Assembly: GCA_014381855.1 (NCBI GenBank)
Contig: JACNKV010000075.1
Location: forward strand, 1 to 57,541
DNA: 57,541 nt
Origin: Fidelibacterota bacterium
GTDB taxonomy: Bacteria; Fidelibacterota; Marinisomatia; Marinisomatales; JACNKV01
Direction: 5' to 3'
The notes beneath the pieces were generated by a model. It saw nothing but the letters and a program-made list of their open reading frames with translations, was not told the DNA's origin and did no database searches. Shown here one piece after another: positions 9,266 to 17,280 of this stretch; the first letter of the stretch is position 1; each line of letters begins with the position of its first letter. The translations under genes and the position numbers were made by a program.

Positions 9266-11548
9266 ATGAATAAAAAACAAACACGTAGAGAATTTATTAA
9301 AGTTACCGCAGCTGCTTCAACAGCAGCAGGAATTGGCGTTACGCTATTTCCCGGAATGACTTTTGCTGATCAAAAAAGCGGCACCAACTGGCATAAATCA
9401 GTTTGCAGGTATTGCGGAGTCGGTTGTGGTGTTATGATTGGTGAAAAAGGTGGCAAAATCGTTAAAGTAAAAGGCGACGCTCAAAACACGATTAACAAAG
9501 GTCATCTTTGTGTGAAAGCATTTTATCTGCCAAAAGCAGTCAATGCTAAAACAAGGTTGCACCATCCTATGATTCGGAAAAACGGTAAATTGGTCAAAGC
9601 TTCTTGGGATGAAGCAATGAAACTGGTCGCAACCAAATTTAACGATATCCGAAAAAATCATGGCGGCAATGCATTGGCATTTTATGGTTCCGGGCAAGCT
9701 GAGACAGAAGAAACCTATATGGCAAACAAATTGTTCAAGGGCTGTATCGGTACCAACAATGTCGAAGGAAACCCAAGACTTTGTATGGCAAGTGCTGTGG
9801 GTGGATATTTGACTAGTTTAGGGGCTGATGAACCCGCCGGAACGTATGAAGACATCGAAAAAACAGAATTGTTTTTTCTTGCCGGTTCAAATACTGCTGA
9901 GGCACATCCCATTGTGTTTGAGCGAATCATGCGGCATAAAGCGATGAATCCGAATGTTAAAATAATCATTTTGGATCCACGTAAAACACCGACAGATCAA
10001 GTTGCTGATTTGCACCTCTTTCCTAAACCGGGATATGACTTAGCCGTTTTTAATGCAATGGCACATATCTTGATAAAAGAAGGATTTGCAGATGATGCCT
10101 TTATCAAGAATCATTTGTTCTTTAAGGATAATAAGAAAAACAAACATTCCTTTGAAGAATACAAAAAGTTCTTAGAGGACTATACTCCGGAGATAGCAGA
10201 AGAAATCAGTGGCGTTCCTGCAAAGGATATTGTCAAAGCAGCCCGGATGTTCGGTAAAGCCAAAACGGCTATGAGTATGTGGACAATGGGTTTAAATCAG
10301 CGTAAACGCGGAGTATGGGCAAACAATCTGGTTCATAACTTACATCTTATTACAGGTAAAATCGGTGTGCCTGGCAGTGATTCGTTTTCACTGACCGGAC
10401 AGCCAAATGCCTGCGGTGGTGTTCGTGAAGGTGGTGGTCTATGTCATCTGCTTCCTGGGCATCATCTTGTCGTAAAAGAAGCCCATCGTGAAAAGGTTGC
10501 AAAAGTTTGGGGAGTCCCCGCAAGCAACATTCAACCTAAACCGGGTAAACATACAATAGCAATGTTCTCAGCTTTAAATGCCGGAGAGATTAAAGGAATG
10601 TATATCATGTGTACAAATCCTGCTCAATCTCTGCCGAATGCGAAAAAATATTGGAAAGGCTTGAAAGAACAGTTTATTGTGGTGGCCGAATCATTCTTCC
10701 CAACGATGACTACTGAATATGCTGATGTTGTTTTACCAGCTTCATTCTGGACCGAAAAAGAAGGGGTTTACGGATGTACGGAAAGACGCTCTCAGTATAT
10801 GCCTCAAATCACTGATCCGCAAGGCGAAGCAAAGTGGGATGCCTTCATCCTTCGTGACCTTGGTAAAGAAATGGGATTCGAAAGGGAATTTGCCAAATAT
10901 GAAACGGCAGAAATCATGTGGGACGAATATCGAGGTCTTACAAAAGGCAAAGATATGAACCTGATGGGAGCCTCTTATAATCGTTTGAAAAAAGTCCGTG
11001 GATTAGTATGGCCAGTTCCGACTGAAAATCATCCTGGAACCTACAAACGTTTTACAGATGGTGATCCAATTTACGATGCTCTCCCGGCTGAAAAGAAAAA
11101 GGGTCGTCGGATGTATTTCTACGGACCAAAAGCAAAAGATGGAAGGGCAACCGTTTGGATGCGTCCTCATGACGGTCCCGGAGAACCAACGAGTGCAGAA
11201 TATCCGTTCGCATTAACCACAGGCCGAATCCTGGAACAATGGCATACGATGACCATGACCGGTACGTCCCCTCAACTTAATAGGTCAGTACCTCATGCTT
11301 ATGTAGAGATTAATCCTGCAGACGCACGGAGTAAGGGAATAACGAATAAAGATCAAGTCATCATAGAGACTCGCAGAGGTGAAATGCAGTTTGAAGCACG
11401 AGTGATTGACAGACCAATCCCGGGTACAATTTTTGTCCCTTGGCATTGGCCTGATAAACCGATCAATGTGCTATGCAGCGATATCTTTGATCCGGGCTCT
11501 AAAGAACCGGAATATAAAGTCGCAGCTGCGAGAATCAGGAAAGTCTGA
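9266..11548 (+). CDS. napA: periplasmic nitrate reductase catalytic subunit, monomeric type (bis-MGD molybdoenzyme)
   Basis: Tat signal 'TRREFIKVTAAAS'. 4Fe-4S motif 'CRYCGVGCGV...C'. Mo-ligand region 'RLCMASAVGGY' as in Nap/Nas enzymes. 760 aa, followed by NapD/G/H-like genes. Confidence 0.85.
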   Translation: MNKKQTRREFIKVTAAASTAAGIGVTLFPGMTFADQKSGTNWHKSVCRYCGVGCGVMIGEKGGKIVKVKGDAQNTINKGHLCVKAFYLPKAVNAKTRLHHPMIRKNGKLVKASWDEAMKLVATKFNDIRKNHGGNALAFYGSGQAETEETYMANKLFKGCIGTNNVEGNPRLCMASAVGGYLTSLGADEPAGTYEDIEKTELFFLAGSNTAEAHPIVFERIMRHKAMNPNVKIIILDPRKTPTDQVADLHLFPKPGYDLAVFNAMAHILIKEGFADDAFIKNHLFFKDNKKNKHSFEEYKKFLEDYTPEIAEEISGVPAKDIVKAARMFGKAKTAMSMWTMGLNQRKRGVWANNLVHNLHLITGKIGVPGSDSFSLTGQPNACGGVREGGGLCHLLPGHHLVVKEAHREKVAKVWGVPASNIQPKPGKHTIAMFSALNAGEIKGMYIMCTNPAQSLPNAKKYWKGLKEQFIVVAESFFPTMTTEYADVVLPASFWTEKEGVYGCTERRSQYMPQITDPQGEAKWDAFILRDLGKEMGFEREFAKYETAEIMWDEYRGLTKGKDMNLMGASYNRLKKVRGLVWPVPTENHPGTYKRFTDGDPIYDALPAEKKKGRRMYFYGPKAKDGRATVWMRPHDGPGEPTSAEYPFALTTGRILEQWHTMTMTGTSPQLNRSVPHAYVEINPADARSKGITNKDQVIIETRRGEMQFEARVIDRPIPGTIFVPWHWPDKPINVLCSDIFDPGSKEPEYKVAAARIRKV

Positions 11549-11740
11549 CAACAGGTAAACTGCAGGAGGTTATAACAAACCTCATTTAGAGGTTATCTTT
11601 GGTTGTTGTGCGATTAATCGTTAAATAATCTCCTGCAGGATTTTCCGAGTTTACCTTGTTAATATCTAATTAATAACTGCTGACATACCTACGACATAAT
11701 GAATACGGTGAGCGTGGTTATGTCAGTTAATGCGAAATAA

Positions 11741-12316
11741 ATGACATCAGCTGATCATATCTCTCGCAGTGAATTTTTTAGTTCATTCATTACAAAAATA
11801 AAAAGTAGTTATTCCGGGACAGCAAAAAAGATTAGTGTTGTGGGTGATGTAGTTTTCCCCCCGGGTGTAACCGGCATTGATCACTTTTTATCGACGTGCA
11901 ACCGATGCGATAAATGCGTTGCTGCGTGTCCGCATGAATCCATTCGCATCTTACACGGAGACGAGGCAAAGTACTCAGGATATCCGATTATCGACTCTCA
12001 AATTCAGCCATGCTTTTTTTGCGGTGATTTTCCCTGTATTAGCGTATGCGATACCGGAGCCCTGATTAAACAAAATAATATGAAAATTGGTGTTGCCGAG
12101 ATTATCACAGAAAATTGTCTGGCACACTCCGGTAATTTTTGTCAAAGCTGCATTAACAATTGTCCGTTAATTGGGAAGGCAATTTTCTGCGGTACAAACG
12201 GAAAGCCGGAAATAAATAAAGAAGTTTGTAACGGCTGCGGGATCTGTGTTCAGGTTTGTCCCGCTGAGCCCGTTGGAATTATCATTAAACAAACGAAGGA
12301 ACTACCATGCCAATAG
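11741..12316 (+). CDS. napF: NapF-like poly-ferredoxin (4Fe-4S clusters)
   Basis: 191 aa with four Cys cluster motifs: 'CNRCDKCVAACP', 'CFFCGDFPCISVC', 'C..C..C...CP' and 'CNGCGICVQVCP'. A 'PPGV' motif precedes the first cluster. Confidence 0.65.
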   Translation: MTSADHISRSEFFSSFITKIKSSYSGTAKKISVVGDVVFPPGVTGIDHFLSTCNRCDKCVAACPHESIRILHGDEAKYSGYPIIDSQIQPCFFCGDFPCISVCDTGALIKQNNMKIGVAEIITENCLAHSGNFCQSCINNCPLIGKAIFCGTNGKPEINKEVCNGCGICVQVCPAEPVGIIIKQTKELPCQ

Positions 12317-12564
12317 CAGGTGTATTAATCTTAACCCAGCCAGAATTATCTGATAATGCGCTGGTAAAATTAAATAAAATGAACAAGGTTACTACCTACG
12401 GTATTCATAAAGAAAATTATATTATTGCCGTACTGGAGGGTAATTCCATATCCGAACTGGAGACCATTACCAATTCAATAACAAGCAAAATACCCGGTGT
12501 TATTGGGGTCTATCCGTCTTACGTGAATTATGAGGAAATAGAAACACAGGAATCCACAGAATAA
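12307..12564 (+). CDS. napD: NapD-like Tat-signal chaperone
   Basis: 85 aa. NapD-like pattern 'IAGVLILTQPE...IIAVLEG.S..E....I.....GVIGV'. Its position next to napA is typical. Confidence 0.75.
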   Translation: MPIAGVLILTQPELSDNALVKLNKMNKVTTYGIHKENYIIAVLEGNSISELETITNSITSKIPGVIGVYPSYVNYEEIETQESTE

Positions 12565-12576
12565 GGGTCTTTGTAA

Positions 12577-13092
12577 ATGTGGGATAACTGGTTAAACAAA
12601 TTAGCAGATTTAAGAGATCCTCTTAGACCTCCCGGTGCCGTTGAAGAAGATGAATTTCTTCAAAAATGTATCCGTTGCCGTAAGTGCGAAGAAGTGTGTC
12701 CTTTTGAATCTATCAAATCTGCGCATGGAGAATGGGGATTAAAAATGGGATCCCCGATTATTCACCCCAGAGATACTCCTTGTTATCTATGTGAAGATTT
12801 TCCTTGCATTGAATCTTGTCCAACGGAAGCTCTTGAGCCCATCAAGTCAAAAAATGATGTTAAAATGGGTATTGCTGTGATCGACAAAACACTCTGCTTT
12901 GCTTATAACGATATTCTGTGCCGCGCGTGTTTTGAGCGATGTCCAATACATAGAGAAGCGATAACGATGAAAGATGAATTATATCCGGTAGTAGATGAAA
13001 ATAAATGTGTCGGTTGCGGAATCTGTGAATATGTATGTCCTACTGAACAACCTGCCATTACTATCATTAGTTCACACAAGGTTGGCGGTTAA
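12577..13092 (+). CDS. napG: NapG-like poly-ferredoxin (4x 4Fe-4S)
   Basis: 171 aa. 'LRPPGA' motif, then 'CIRCRKCEEVCP', 'CYLCEDFPCIESCP', 'C..LCRACFERCP' and 'CVGCGICEYVCP'. Clear paralog of the 11741 gene. Confidence 0.7.
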   Translation: MWDNWLNKLADLRDPLRPPGAVEEDEFLQKCIRCRKCEEVCPFESIKSAHGEWGLKMGSPIIHPRDTPCYLCEDFPCIESCPTEALEPIKSKNDVKMGIAVIDKTLCFAYNDILCRACFERCPIHREAITMKDELYPVVDENKCVGCGICEYVCPTEQPAITIISSHKVGG

Positions 13093-13095
13093 AAT

Positions 13096-13944
13096 ATGAA
13101 GAAATTTGAAAAGTATCTAAATGACCATCTTCATATTTTAAGAAGGATGATGCAAGTGGGCACAGTTCTTTTTATTATCGCAGTTCCGTTACTGAATAAA
13201 ATAGGATATCATGGCGTAAACGGAACCTTTTACAGTTTAAGTATAGGTGAATTGAATATTGTAGACCCGGCTCTGGCATTGCAAACCATTCTACTGACAA
13301 AAAGTATATATCTACCATTAATTTTGGCAATTGTTTTGCCAATTCTTCTTGCTATGTTTCTTGGGAAAGTATTTTGCAGCTGGATGTGTCCTTATAATTT
13401 CCTCGCAGAGTTTACAGAAAAGTTTAGGAAACTAATCAAGCCGGTAGAAAAACAGAAAAATACGAATCCTAGCCCTCAATATTACTGGATAATTTTTGGA
13501 ATAATCCTGGTACTTTTAATGATTACCGGCATTCCGGTCATTACGTTGATTTCTATGCCAGGATTAATCACCTCTCAAATAGCAGATGGAATTCTCTACA
13601 ATGTTGTAGGTATCGAAATATTACTGATAGCATTGCTTTTAATCTTAGAAGTCTTTGTTGCACCAAGATTCTGGTGCAAATATGCTTGTCCGGTTGGAGC
13701 AACTTTATCCTTGGTTAAAACAAAATATGCACTCAAGATAAAATACAGCGCGAAAAGTTGTGCAGAATGTAAAGAAATTAAAGAAAATCCATGCAATCAA
13801 GTCTGTCCTTTGCAATTAAATCCTAAATCTGTGAAAATATATCCTTACTGTAATAACTGTTTTGAATGCATCACAACCTGTAATGATGTTGGCTGTCGTG
13901 CATTAAAAATTACTTTTCAACCATTGAAAACGAATAAACCATAA
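13096..13944 (+). CDS. napH: NapH-like membrane quinol-dehydrogenase Fe-S subunit
   Basis: 282 aa with four predicted TM helices. Two CxxxCP motifs ('CSWMCP', 'CKYACP'). C-terminal ferredoxin-type Cys clusters. Confidence 0.75.
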   Translation: MKKFEKYLNDHLHILRRMMQVGTVLFIIAVPLLNKIGYHGVNGTFYSLSIGELNIVDPALALQTILLTKSIYLPLILAIVLPILLAMFLGKVFCSWMCPYNFLAEFTEKFRKLIKPVEKQKNTNPSPQYYWIIFGIILVLLMITGIPVITLISMPGLITSQIADGILYNVVGIEILLIALLLILEVFVAPRFWCKYACPVGATLSLVKTKYALKIKYSAKSCAECKEIKENPCNQVCPLQLNPKSVKIYPYCNNCFECITTCNDVGCRALKITFQPLKTNKP

Positions 13945-13959
13945 GGAGGAAGAATCTAT

Positions 13960-14427
13960 ATGGTAAAGAAAAAGAAAGTGAAACTTAATAGAAGAGAGTT
14001 TTTCAAAAAGACCGGTTACCTTGGCATAATAGCCTTGGGTATTGGAGCTTTTTTGAAAAATATCTTCTTATATATCTCACCAGAACAGAAAGAAAAGACC
14101 TACCACAAGTATCTTGTTGGGAAGAAAAATCAAATACTTCCGGGTAAGGCAAAAGAGATCACCATTCAAGGTAAACCGGTGTTTGTTGTAAACCAAGGAA
14201 CGGAATTCAAAGTGTTTTCCGGTGTTTGCACACACCTTGGATGCATTATCAAATGGGAAGAAAACAACGACGGTTTTTATTGTCCGTGTCATCAAGGATT
14301 TTTTGATAAATCCGGACGTGTTGTCTCTGGTCCGCCACCGACACCGCTAACAGAATTCCCAGTTGTAGAAGAGAAGAACCTAATCTACATCCAGGTGGAA
14401 GATAAAAAGAAAGGACCCTGGGCATGA
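13960..14427 (+). CDS. Rieske 2Fe-2S protein (Tat-anchored)
   Basis: 'NRREFFKKTG' twin-arginine region plus a TM helix. Rieske boxes 'CTHLGC' and 'CPCHQG'. Confidence 0.88.
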   Translation: MVKKKKVKLNRREFFKKTGYLGIIALGIGAFLKNIFLYISPEQKEKTYHKYLVGKKNQILPGKAKEITIQGKPVFVVNQGTEFKVFSGVCTHLGCIIKWEENNDGFYCPCHQGFFDKSGRVVSGPPPTPLTEFPVVEEKNLIYIQVEDKKKGPWA

Positions 14428-15458
14428 GTACTACATGGACAAAGACACGCATCCCCATTGACGGTGGGAAAATAAAAGAAGCGATGTTTGGTGAGAAAAT
14501 TCCACTCCATATGAAGAATTGGGTTCTCGCAATGGGTACAACACCATTCATTTTGTTCCCATTACAAATTATCACCGGAATATTACTGGCATTATATTTT
14601 GTCCCTTCTGTGGAAATGGCTTACGAAAGTGTCCGGCATATTTCGCAGGATATTCGATATGGATTTTGGATACGAGGTATTCATCACTGGGGAGCAAATC
14701 TGATGGTCATTTCTCTATTTCTCCATATGATGCGAGTGTTTTTCACTCATTCATACAGAAAGCCACGAGAAATCAATTGGGTATTTGGATTCCTATTGCT
14801 GTCTCTGACATTGACAATCTCGTTTACCGGTTATTCTTTAACCTATAATCAGGTGTCTTATTGGGCTGCAACAGTCGGAACAAATCTTGTTAAGGAAATC
14901 CCATTAATCGGAGGATTTGTGCTCAGCCTTCTACGAGGAAGTGAAGGGGTTACGGCTCATACACTAACCAGGTTTTACACGTTGCATGTGTGGATATTGC
15001 CTGTAGTGATATCACTTATCATCGGTGCACATATCTTTTTAGTTCGGTCGCACGGTGTATCAGAACCTGATGGATTTGAAAAAGGTCACTACGATTTCTA
15101 TCCTGGACATTTCTACAAAATTATTGTTGTAACACTGTTCCTGATTTCGTTATTGAGTTTACTGTCTGTGGTCTTACCACCTGGACTTGGTGAACAGGCA
15201 GACCCGGCGAACACCCCGCTTCACATTAAACCTGAGTGGTATTTCTTCCCTGTGTTTTTGATTTTACGATTTGTCCCGTTACAACTTGGATTAGCCATCA
15301 CAGGACTGGCAATTGTTTTGATGATATTCTGGCCATTCATTGAGCCGATGTTATCAAAGAAGAAAAAATCACGCACAGTCATAGCAAACATCATTGGATG
15401 TATCGCGATTGTCATCTTAATTACACTTACAATCTTTGAAGCATTTTCAATCATTTAA
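14424..15458 (+). CDS. cytochrome b (b6 plus subunit-IV-like fusion) of a Rieske/cyt b complex
   Basis: 344 aa and polytopic. 'RGIHHWGANLM' and 'FYTLHVWILP' heme-ligand helices. 'PEWYF' motif as in the cyt b/b6f Qo region. ATGA overlap with the Rieske gene. Confidence 0.88.
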   Translation: MSTTWTKTRIPIDGGKIKEAMFGEKIPLHMKNWVLAMGTTPFILFPLQIITGILLALYFVPSVEMAYESVRHISQDIRYGFWIRGIHHWGANLMVISLFLHMMRVFFTHSYRKPREINWVFGFLLLSLTLTISFTGYSLTYNQVSYWAATVGTNLVKEIPLIGGFVLSLLRGSEGVTAHTLTRFYTLHVWILPVVISLIIGAHIFLVRSHGVSEPDGFEKGHYDFYPGHFYKIIVVTLFLISLLSLLSVVLPPGLGEQADPANTPLHIKPEWYFFPVFLILRFVPLQLGLAITGLAIVLMIFWPFIEPMLSKKKKSRTVIANIIGCIAIVILITLTIFEAFSII

Positions 15459-15476
15459 TAAGAAAGAGGAATAACA

Positions 15477-17090
15477 ATGGAAAATAAAAACATAACACAA
15501 TGGTTAATCGGCGTCTTTAGTCTTGTCATGATCGTTTCTTTGATGATCGTAGCCGGTTATGAAGTAAATAAAACAAAAGAACAAGGGCATGAGATTGACG
15601 TTGACAAAGTATCTGCCCGTTGTATCACGTGCCATGAAAAAGAAAACATTGCTGTGAAGCAAATTCACGCATGGGAAGAAAGTGAACATGCATTAATGGG
15701 CATCGGCTGCAACGAATGTCATGAAGCAAAAGAAGGCGATTTTGATGCCTTTTACTGCGAAAACAGCGATATGCTTGTCGGTCGTCATCCTACTCCAAAA
15801 GACTGTGAGGAATGCCACGATCAGGAAGTAAAAGAATTTGCGAACAGTAAACATGCCCATCAGTTCTGGCTTTTTGCTAATGCGGATAGGGCGACATTTG
15901 AAAATCCAATTTCTACCAGACATGGATGTGAACAATGCCACCAAATTGGGAATTTATGGCCTGACGGTAGTGTCGGAGAATGTGACGCTTGCCATTCCAA
16001 ACATTCATTCGATTTAGCAGTTGCACGTCAACCTGAAACATGCGGAGAATGCCACATTGGACCTGACCATCCCCATATTGAGATTTACAATGAATCTAAA
16101 CACGGAAATATTTTCAAAGCCAAAGGCAGCGATTGGGCCATGGATTATCATACAGACAACTTTGAACCCATCCCAATTGAAGCTCCGGTTTGTGCCACCT
16201 GCCATATGGATGGGAACGAAACACAACCCATGACACACGACGTCAGTGCTCGTTTGGCGTGGGAGTCTCAGTCTCCGTGGAGTTATAGAACTGTTTGGGA
16301 TGAAGAAAACCTTGGTAGCTGGGATATGAAACGTGGTCGCATGGAATCAATCTGCCAGAGTTGCCATGCACCTGATTTTGTTGATACATATTTGTTAACA
16401 GCTGATTTAGTCAATCTTCAGTATAATGAAATGCGAAGAAACTTTGTTTATTGGACAAAGAAATTGACCAATAATGGGACGATAGATCGGTTGAAAGCAA
16501 ATGGTGAATTTAAATCCAATCCTGTCCTCAATGGATGGGACGAAACACCGGAGCATGAAATGTATTATGCCTGGCATCATGAAGGTCGACGTTTTCGTCA
16601 TGGAGCTGAAATGATGGGAGCAGATTTCACCCAATGGCACGGCGTCTGGGAACTCCAAGAAGATATGGTTGAATTAATTACTTGGGCCGCAGAACATGGG
16701 GACCATGAAGCAGAAAAATGGGTTATTTCTAATCATCCTTCCAAGTTTGTTCCGTATGCACTTTACGACATCCCGGGCAATGCATGGGGTATTGGGGCAA
16801 AAACAAATACCACTCCGTTTGTTTATAACGAATACTCAGATTATTGGGATCGGGTCAAGGCAAATGTGAAGACAGCCTATGAGAAAGGACTGCTTACAAA
16901 AGATCAGTGGAATCTGTGGATGGATCGATACGAAAATAAGGACCATTATCTTGGATTAAAATATGCAAATGATCCTAAAGTCGTAGAAAAATGGGATTTC
17001 TACAAAGAACGTAATGCCATTGATACAAAGGCTTTCAAAGAACAAGCTGTTCAATTAAAGTTACCCGGAAAGCCCTTCTACACTAAATAA
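15477..17090 (+). CDS. membrane-anchored octaheme c-type cytochrome, hydroxylamine-oxidoreductase (HAO) family-like
   Basis: Eight CxxCH motifs (CITCH, CNECH, CEECH, CEQCH, CDACH, CGECH, CATCH, CQSCH). HAO-like segment 'CGECHIGPDHPHIEIYNESKHG'. N-terminal TM helix. Confidence 0.75.
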   Translation: MENKNITQWLIGVFSLVMIVSLMIVAGYEVNKTKEQGHEIDVDKVSARCITCHEKENIAVKQIHAWEESEHALMGIGCNECHEAKEGDFDAFYCENSDMLVGRHPTPKDCEECHDQEVKEFANSKHAHQFWLFANADRATFENPISTRHGCEQCHQIGNLWPDGSVGECDACHSKHSFDLAVARQPETCGECHIGPDHPHIEIYNESKHGNIFKAKGSDWAMDYHTDNFEPIPIEAPVCATCHMDGNETQPMTHDVSARLAWESQSPWSYRTVWDEENLGSWDMKRGRMESICQSCHAPDFVDTYLLTADLVNLQYNEMRRNFVYWTKKLTNNGTIDRLKANGEFKSNPVLNGWDETPEHEMYYAWHHEGRRFRHGAEMMGADFTQWHGVWELQEDMVELITWAAEHGDHEAEKWVISNHPSKFVPYALYDIPGNAWGIGAKTNTTPFVYNEYSDYWDRVKANVKTAYEKGLLTKDQWNLWMDRYENKDHYLGLKYANDPKVVEKWDFYKERNAIDTKAFKEQAVQLKLPGKPFYTK

Positions 17091-17149
17091 TTATTGTAGT
17101 GTTCAATTGAACGACTATGGTAATTTATACCGCTAAATAAAATAGAAGT

Positions 17150-17177
17150 GTTGGGGTTGTCAATTGGCAGCCCCAAC
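17150..17177. terminator. GC-rich hairpin after the octaheme cytochrome gene
   Basis: GTTGGGGTTG-N8-CAGCCCCAAC forms a 10-bp stem with one G-U pair. No T-tract follows on the + strand, so its terminator function is uncertain. Confidence 0.4.
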
Positions 17178-17180
17178 AAA

Positions 17181-17280
17181 ACTCCGAGTTCGACAACCTG
17201 TCCTCGTGTGAGCATGGTTTAGAACCGATAGGGTGGAGTTGGAAACGGCTTCGCCTCCCGCGCTTGGAAAGGAGCACATA
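17181..17280 (+). promoter_or_regulatory. candidate Moco (molybdenum cofactor) riboswitch, translational OFF type
   Basis: P1 pairs CUCC (17182-85) with GGAG (17271-74), sequestering the SD AAAGGAG. Internal helices are 17185-88/17203-06, 17216-26 and 17232-38/17249-55. The 3' core CUUCGCCUCCCGCGCUUGGAAAGGAG resembles the E. coli moaA Moco motif as I remember it; this was not computed. Confidence 0.6.

Noticed and set aside
9266-11548. The molybdoenzyme could be a formate dehydrogenase with a selenocysteine codon, or an assimilatory NasA/NarB.
   Set aside because: There is no in-frame TGA, and the Mo-ligand position is Cys in a 'CMASA' context typical of nitrate reductases. The Tat signal and adjacent NapD/G/H-like genes argue against a cytoplasmic assimilatory enzyme. 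A phylogeny is still needed.
17181-17280. Cobalamin riboswitch upstream of the TonB-dependent receptor, which is the commonest riboswitch-TBDT pairing.
   Set aside because: I could find no B12-box (GCCACTG-like) or the characteristic GGGAA/GGTG core. The 3' core instead matches my recollection of the Moco motif, and the context is molybdoenzyme-related.
17233-17280. Tracked GTG start giving an N-terminal extension MELETASPPALGKEHI on the receptor.
   Set aside because: The extension lies inside the predicted leader RNA helices and precedes a perfect signal peptide that starts at ATG 17281 with an SD 6 nt upstream.
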